Part shown: in pieces, positions 59,117 to 64,000 of the stretch
How the letters are laid out: each line of letters starts with the position of its first letter
How positions within the stretch are numbered: the first letter of the stretch is position 1
NCBI GenBank assembly: GCA_965208835.1
Contig: OZ242358.1
Location: 2,528,001 to 2,592,000 of the forward strand
Length of the DNA stretch: 64,000 nucleotides
Source of the DNA: Candidatus Latescibacterota bacterium
Lineage (GTDB): Bacteria > Latescibacterota > UBA2968 > GCA-2709665
Reading direction: 5' to 3'
The notes under the pieces: model-generated
What the model saw: the letters and a program-made list of their open reading frames with translations, nothing else
What the model was told of the DNA's origin: nothing
The model's database searches: none
Position numbers and translations under genes: made by a program

Positions 59117-60295
59117 TCAAGTTGGGACCTGCCGTCTTGCCGCCGGTTCGAGGGCGGGGCGATTGGCCGCCCAGTTCCCGATAATCTGCGAAAGTCCCGC
59201 CAGAAACCGCTCCATTTCCGATTCCGATGTGCTTCCCATTGCGGCAATCCGAATTGCGGTATCCCGCATCGGACCATATCCCGGCGCGATCTGTACATTC
59301 AGCAGGTTCTTCGCCACATGGACGAATTCCGCAGCCGGGATTGAATCGGGCATCAGGATAGTGGTGACCGTGGGGCTGTAGAATGCCGGTTGCGCAAGCA
59401 GATCCAGGCCGTGTTTCCCTGCCCAGTCCCTATGCATTCGCGCAAGATTCCTGTGTCGCTCAAAGCGGCCTTCGCCTTCATCCAGCATCTCCTCGAGGCG
59501 GGCGATCAGACAACGCAACACAAGGTCGGATACGGTTACGGGCGTTTGCCCGTCAGCGGCTCGGGCGTGCCATTCGATCAGGTCCAGCACGTATCCTCGC
59601 CGAGGGGTGTTTTTCGCGGCCTCGATTGCCCGTTCGGAGACGATCATCACCGAACCGATGGCGGGAATCGCGAAGTCCTTCTGAAGGCTCCAGAGATAGT
59701 AGTCCGGCCGCATCGAACCCATATCGATTTCAACCGCGCCGGCGATACTCACGCCGTCGACGGCGACAAGCATTTCCGGCGCCAGCCGACGCGCATCCTC
59801 GCAGAGAGCGTCGACAGGAAGCATCACCCCGGTCGCGGTTTCGTTGTGTGTCAGCAGCGCGACGTCGTAGCCTCTTCGCAACGCGTTCTGCCACGTCTCC
59901 GATTCGAGACCGTGGCCCCAAGTGACGTTCAGGACGTCGATTGAGCGGTCCAGCCGCCCAAAGACATCTGCCCAGCGGGCGGAGAATGCGCCAATATCCA
60001 GGCCAAGGGCGCCGTAGCCGGTTGGCGTGTTGACGGCGATCATCTCCCAATTGTAGCTGGCAGTGTGTCCGAAAACGAGTGGCGTGAATCCTTCCGGGAT
60101 GTGGAATGCGTCGCGAAGGAGCGATACCGCCCTGGCGTAGACGCTCTTAAAATCGGCCGAACGGTGGGAATACGTGGCCCGGTAGGTTCTGAGGACACGT
60201 TCGACCGCGGGTGTGAGTGCGTGAGGTCCTGGCGTCCAGAGGGCGATGTCCGGCAGGCGATGGTGTCTGAACCCGTCGTGCCCTTCAGAATTCAT
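59117..60295 (-). CDS. Class V PLP aminotransferase (serine-pyruvate/alanine-glyoxylate family)
   Basis: TPGP, SHRS..F, HNETATG, VDGVS, SLQK (PLP lysine) and RIAAMG. Confidence 0.88.
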   Translation of the reverse strand: MNSEGHDGFRHHRLPDIALWTPGPHALTPAVERVLRTYRATYSHRSADFKSVYARAVSLLRDAFHIPEGFTPLVFGHTASYNWEMIAVNTPTGYGALGLDIGAFSARWADVFGRLDRSIDVLNVTWGHGLESETWQNALRRGYDVALLTHNETATGVMLPVDALCEDARRLAPEMLVAVDGVSIAGAVEIDMGSMRPDYYLWSLQKDFAIPAIGSVMIVSERAIEAAKNTPRRGYVLDLIEWHARAADGQTPVTVSDLVLRCLIARLEEMLDEGEGRFERHRNLARMHRDWAGKHGLDLLAQPAFYSPTVTTILMPDSIPAAEFVHVAKNLLNVQIAPGYGPMRDTAIRIAAMGSTSESEMERFLAGLSQIIGNWAANRPALEPAARRQVPT

Positions 60296-60373
60296 CTGAT
60301 CGCCTCGGGGAAAGGAAACCACCCGGGGGGTACCCTGCGCGCGGGCACCGGGACGATACGCGCCAATAAGAGC

Positions 60374-60401
60374 GCCCGTTAAACGGCCAGGTTTAACGGG
60401 C
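60374..60401. terminator. Hairpin downstream of tRNA-Gly
   Basis: GCCCGTTAAAC-GGCCAG-GTTTAACGGGC perfect 11-bp stem; weak U-tract on the minus strand. Confidence 0.6.
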
Positions 60402-60420
60402 TTTCGCGTACTGTATTGAA

Positions 60421-60496
60421 TGGAGCGGGAAACGGGACTCGAACCCGCGACCCCAACCTTGGCAAGGTTGTGCTCTACCAGCTGAGCTATTCCCGC
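60421..60496 (-). tRNA. tRNA-Gly(GCC)
   Basis: GCGGGAATAGCTCAGCTGGTAGAGCACAACCTTGCCAAGGTTGGGGTCGCGGGTTCGAGTCCCGTTTCCCGCTCCA. Confidence 0.96.
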
Positions 60497-60528
60497 TCCC
60501 AATGGCCTGCGATTGCAGGCGGAAGTGA

Positions 60529-60557
60529 AAATTAAGTAATGGACTCGAGGATGTCAA
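60529..60557 (-). promoter_or_regulatory. Sigma70 promoter of tRNA-Gly
   Basis: TTGACA-N17-TAATTT on the minus strand. Confidence 0.6.
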
Positions 60558-60788
60558 GGCATAATACGCAGAACGGGCTGGTACCGGAACCATCAACCGA
60601 CTCATCCGTCCGTTCCGGACTGGCGAGAAGCCGGAATTCTCCTATCGGCGGGATCAACCCGGCTTCAGGCCGGCGAATCCGCGTTTGAGTTGACATTCAA
60701 GGGTGCGAGGCGCATATTTACGTCTTCGATGTGTGTGGAAATTGTGGCATTATAGATACCCTTGAACGTTCAATCGGAGCCTGGCGGG

Positions 60789-62876
60789 ATGGCCGAAGAA
60801 CAGTACGTCCTGGCAATTGACATCGGCGGCACGTTCACCGATCTCGTCCTTCTGGATTGCCATACTGGCCGACAGGCAATTTCCAAGGTGCCGACGACGT
60901 ATCCGGATCCGTCAGAAGCCGTCTTGTCCGGAATCGACTCGTTACCGGGTGCTGTCGACGCAGGCGCCGTTCAACGCGTCATCCACGGAACGACGCTGGT
61001 GACCAACACGCTGATCGAGCGCAAGGGTGCGCGCACGGGGCTGATCACGACGGCGGGATTTCGGGATGCGCTGGAGATCGGCCGCGAAGGCAGGTACGAT
61101 ATCTACGATCTTGGCCTGGTGTTGCCCGAACCACTGGTGGAACGCAGGTTGAGATTCGGTGCGCTGGAGCGGATGAATGTCAGGGGGGAAGTACTCGAGA
61201 CCCTGGATGAAGGATCGATCCGGGAGGCTTGCGGTACGTTTCTCGACGAAGGGGTGGAAGCTGTTGCCATCTGTTTTCTGCACGCGTACGCCAACCCGGA
61301 ACACGAGCGACAGGCGGCGGGGATCGTTCGGGAGGCGATGCCGGGCGCATCTGTGTCGGTATCGCATCAGGTATCGCCCGAGTTGCGTGAATACGACAGG
61401 ACGTCCACGACCGTCGCCAATGCATACGTGCAACCTCTCGCGCGCCGGTATCTGGCCGGTTTGACCAGAGGGCTGGGAACAAAAGGGATAGCAGCGCCTC
61501 TGCACATAATGCTTTCCAACGGCGGCGTCTGCTCTGCAGAGACGGCCGCGGCCTTTCCAGTCCGGCTCGTAGAATCCGGTCCCAGCGGTGGCGCGTTGTC
61601 GGCAGCCTATTGGGGCGGCCGATCGAACCTGAAGGATGTGCTCGCGTTCGATATGGGGGGCACGACGGCGAAAGCCGTGCTTGGCAGCAACGGCGCGTTT
61701 CCCGTCACAACCGAATCCGAGGTGGCGCGTGTCTATCGCTTCAAACGCGGTAGCGGGCTTCCGTTGCTGGTACCGGTGCTGGATATGATCGAAATCGGCG
61801 CCGGCGGCGGCAGCATCGCGCACCTGAACGAAATGGGGCTGCCCGCTGTCGGTCCCGAAAGCGCGGGATCGGTTCCCGGGCCCGCATGCTACGGGACCGG
61901 TGGAACAGCGCCCACCGTGACCGACGCCGACCTGATTCTGGGCATGCTGAATCCCGGCTATTTCCTGGGTGGCAAGATGGCATTGGATCCGGACCGTGCA
62001 AGGATCGCGGTCCACGGGCTGTCGAAGCGACTGGGCATGGACGTGAATCGTATGGCGTGGGGCATTCACAGAATGGTCAACGAGAACATGGCAAATGCCG
62101 CACGCGTTCACGCGGCCGAGCGCGGTATCGACATCCGGAGCTACACCATGGTCGCGACCGGAGGGGCCGGGCCCGTACATGCCTGCGGCGTGGCCGAGCG
62201 CCTCGGCATACAAACCGTGATCGTGCCGCCCATGGCAGGCGTGAGTTCGGCATTCGGGCTGATGCTCGCGCCGATTTCGTTCGACTTTGCGAGAAGCTAC
62301 GTCGCCCGGCTGGAGTCTTTGGATTTCGCAAGGCTGAACACCCTGTTCGAAAAGATGGAATCCGAGGGTACCGACGTTTTGCGGGAAGCGGGCGTGGTTC
62401 CCGCCGAGATGAGAATTGTACGCACCGCAGACATGCGGTACGTGGGACAGGGCCACGAGATCACGATACCGGTCCCGGGCGGCAGACTCGGCCCCGGCAG
62501 TCTGGACGAAATCCGCGATGGTTTTGACCGGGAATATACCCGAAAATTCACACGCACGTGCGAGGGTGTGGAGATCGAATCCGTTCACTGGCGGGTCCGG
62601 ATGTCCGGACCGAAACCGGACCTCGGCGACCCAAACACGCCGCCTTCGTCGGGCGGGGACGCGGTCAAGGGCGTTCGCCCGGTGTTGTTCGATGCGGAAT
62701 CCGGCCCGGAACCGGCGCCGGTGTTCGACCGGTACAGGATGAAGCCGGGATTTCGGGCGACAGGGCCGGCAATCGTGGAAGAAGCCGAGTCCACCGCCGT
62801 TGTGCCGCGCGGCTGGAAGATTGCCGCGCAGTCCTGCGGCAACCTTCTCCTGACGCGTATGGAGGGTTTGGGATAA
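60789..62876 (+). CDS. Hydantoinase A/oxoprolinase family subunit
   Basis: AIDIGGTFTD, HGTTLVTN, REYDRTST, ESGPSGG, DMGGTTAK and EIGAGGGS...VGPESAG. Confidence 0.93.
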   Translation: MAEEQYVLAIDIGGTFTDLVLLDCHTGRQAISKVPTTYPDPSEAVLSGIDSLPGAVDAGAVQRVIHGTTLVTNTLIERKGARTGLITTAGFRDALEIGREGRYDIYDLGLVLPEPLVERRLRFGALERMNVRGEVLETLDEGSIREACGTFLDEGVEAVAICFLHAYANPEHERQAAGIVREAMPGASVSVSHQVSPELREYDRTSTTVANAYVQPLARRYLAGLTRGLGTKGIAAPLHIMLSNGGVCSAETAAAFPVRLVESGPSGGALSAAYWGGRSNLKDVLAFDMGGTTAKAVLGSNGAFPVTTESEVARVYRFKRGSGLPLLVPVLDMIEIGAGGGSIAHLNEMGLPAVGPESAGSVPGPACYGTGGTAPTVTDADLILGMLNPGYFLGGKMALDPDRARIAVHGLSKRLGMDVNRMAWGIHRMVNENMANAARVHAAERGIDIRSYTMVATGGAGPVHACGVAERLGIQTVIVPPMAGVSSAFGLMLAPISFDFARSYVARLESLDFARLNTLFEKMESEGTDVLREAGVVPAEMRIVRTADMRYVGQGHEITIPVPGGRLGPGSLDEIRDGFDREYTRKFTRTCEGVEIESVHWRVRMSGPKPDLGDPNTPPSSGGDAVKGVRPVLFDAESGPEPAPVFDRYRMKPGFRATGPAIVEEAESTAVVPRGWKIAAQSCGNLLLTRMEGLG

Positions 62877-64000
62877 TGTCGGCGGAAAAGCTGGATGCCG
62901 TTCTGCTCGAGGTATTGTGGAACCGGCTGATTTCCATCGTAAACGAGCAGGCCGCCGCGCTGATGCACGCCTCGTTTACAACCGTGGTCCGGGAAGCGGG
63001 CGACCTTTCAGCAGGTATATTCAACCGCGCCGGCGATATGGTCGCGCAGGCCGTGACCGGCACTCCGGGCCACATCAATACCATGGCGACCTGTGTCGGA
63101 CACTTTGCGAAAGCGCATCCGATAGACAGTTTGAAGCCTGGCGACAGCCTGCTGACCAACGATCCATGGCTCGGTTCGGGGCACCTGCACGACATTACCC
63201 TCGTCACACCCGTCTTCCATCGCGGGAAGGCCGTCGGATGGTTCGCCAATACGTGCCACGCCATGGATATCGGTGGGCGGACCCTGGGCGCGGACGCGCG
63301 CGAGGTATTCGAAGAGGGACTCCATATTCCGATTATGTTCCTGTTTCGTGAGGGGAAGGTCAATCGCGACTTGATTGAAATCGTCCGAGCCAATGTCCGC
63401 ACCCCCGATGCCGTCGTGGGAGACCTCCATGCCCAGCAGGCCGGCAACGACGTGGGCGCCGAGAAGCTTACGGAAATGATGTCGGAATACGAAATGGAGG
63501 ACATCGAGTCCCTCGCGTCATTGATTCTGGACCGGTCGGAGGCCGCCACGCGGGATGCGATCGCGGAGATACCCAACGGCACGTACCGGGATGAAGTGGT
63601 CATCGACGGTTTCGACCATGCGCTGAAGATCGCGGTATCCATTCAGGTAAATGACCGTGACCTTGCCGTCGACTACGACGGCACGTCACCGCAGGTGGAC
63701 CGTGGAATCAACGTGGTCTACAACTATACGCACGCCTATACGACCTATCCGCTGGCGTGTTCAATCAGCCCCGCCGTCCCGAACAACGCCGGCAGTTTCC
63801 GGCCTGTTGCGGTGACTGCGCCGCCGGGTACGGTTCTCAATGCCACGTTTCCTTGCGCCGTGGGCGCCCGGCATCTGATCGGGCACTTTCTCTCTCAGGC
63901 GGTATTCGGCGCCCTGTCCCGGGCGATTCCGGACCGGGTCCTGGCCGACGGCTCGGCAGGATTGTGGAACACCCAGCTGGAGGGACACGACAGGGAAGGA
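62876..64000 (+). CDS. Hydantoinase B/oxoprolinase family subunit (3' truncated by window edge; absent from ORF track)
   Basis: TAATG overlap; MSAEKLDAVLLEVLWNRLISIVNEQ...FTTVVREAGDLSAG, NDPWLGSGHLHD, HAMDIGG and FEEGLHIP. Confidence 0.9.
   Translation, partial: MSAEKLDAVLLEVLWNRLISIVNEQAAALMHASFTTVVREAGDLSAGIFNRAGDMVAQAVTGTPGHINTMATCVGHFAKAHPIDSLKPGDSLLTNDPWLGSGHLHDITLVTPVFHRGKAVGWFANTCHAMDIGGRTLGADAREVFEEGLHIPIMFLFREGKVNRDLIEIVRANVRTPDAVVGDLHAQQAGNDVGAEKLTEMMSEYEMEDIESLASLILDRSEAATRDAIAEIPNGTYRDEVVIDGFDHALKIAVSIQVNDRDLAVDYDGTSPQVDRGINVVYNYTHAYTTYPLACSISPAVPNNAGSFRPVAVTAPPGTVLNATFPCAVGARHLIGHFLSQAVFGALSRAIPDRVLADGSAGLWNTQLEGHDREG

Noticed and set aside
60296-60502. N-terminal extension of the aminotransferase ORF, and similar ORFs at 26031-26372 and 8661-8993
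   Set aside because: These are translations of tRNA genes.

Overview
GC-rich bacterial chromosomal window from a diderm (lptFG, TonB-dependent receptor, beta-barrel protein). Dockerin/EF-hand-tagged secreted enzymes and expanded catabolic paralogues suggest a Latescibacterota/Gemmatimonadota-like organism (inference). It holds about 45 CDS and 4 tRNAs (Arg-TCT, His-GTG, fMet-CAT, Gly-GCC). Housekeeping genes are lptF, lptG, nth, nrdR-nrdJ, phoH-pgpH-ybeY-corC, aspS, hisS and a fused rnhB-yraN. Accessory content includes two tandem 800-aa heparinase II/III-like lyases, a tetraheme cytochrome c, a heterodimeric ABC exporter and a ~20 kb catabolic region with two hydantoinase/oxoprolinase A/B pairs. 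The main signals missed by the ORF track are two secreted proteins each broken by one in-frame TGA. In both, a GC stem starts exactly 12 nt after the TGA and carries an RGGC loop (SECIS-like). One is a thioredoxin-like lipoprotein with a T-U-P-V-C (UxxC) motif at 25561-26157. The other, more unusual, is an outer-membrane beta-barrel whose TGA lies six residues after the predicted signal-peptide cleavage site (8294-7329). Both are candidate selenoproteins. A dispersed family of palindromic MITE-like elements (4 copies plus a solo end) is also present.
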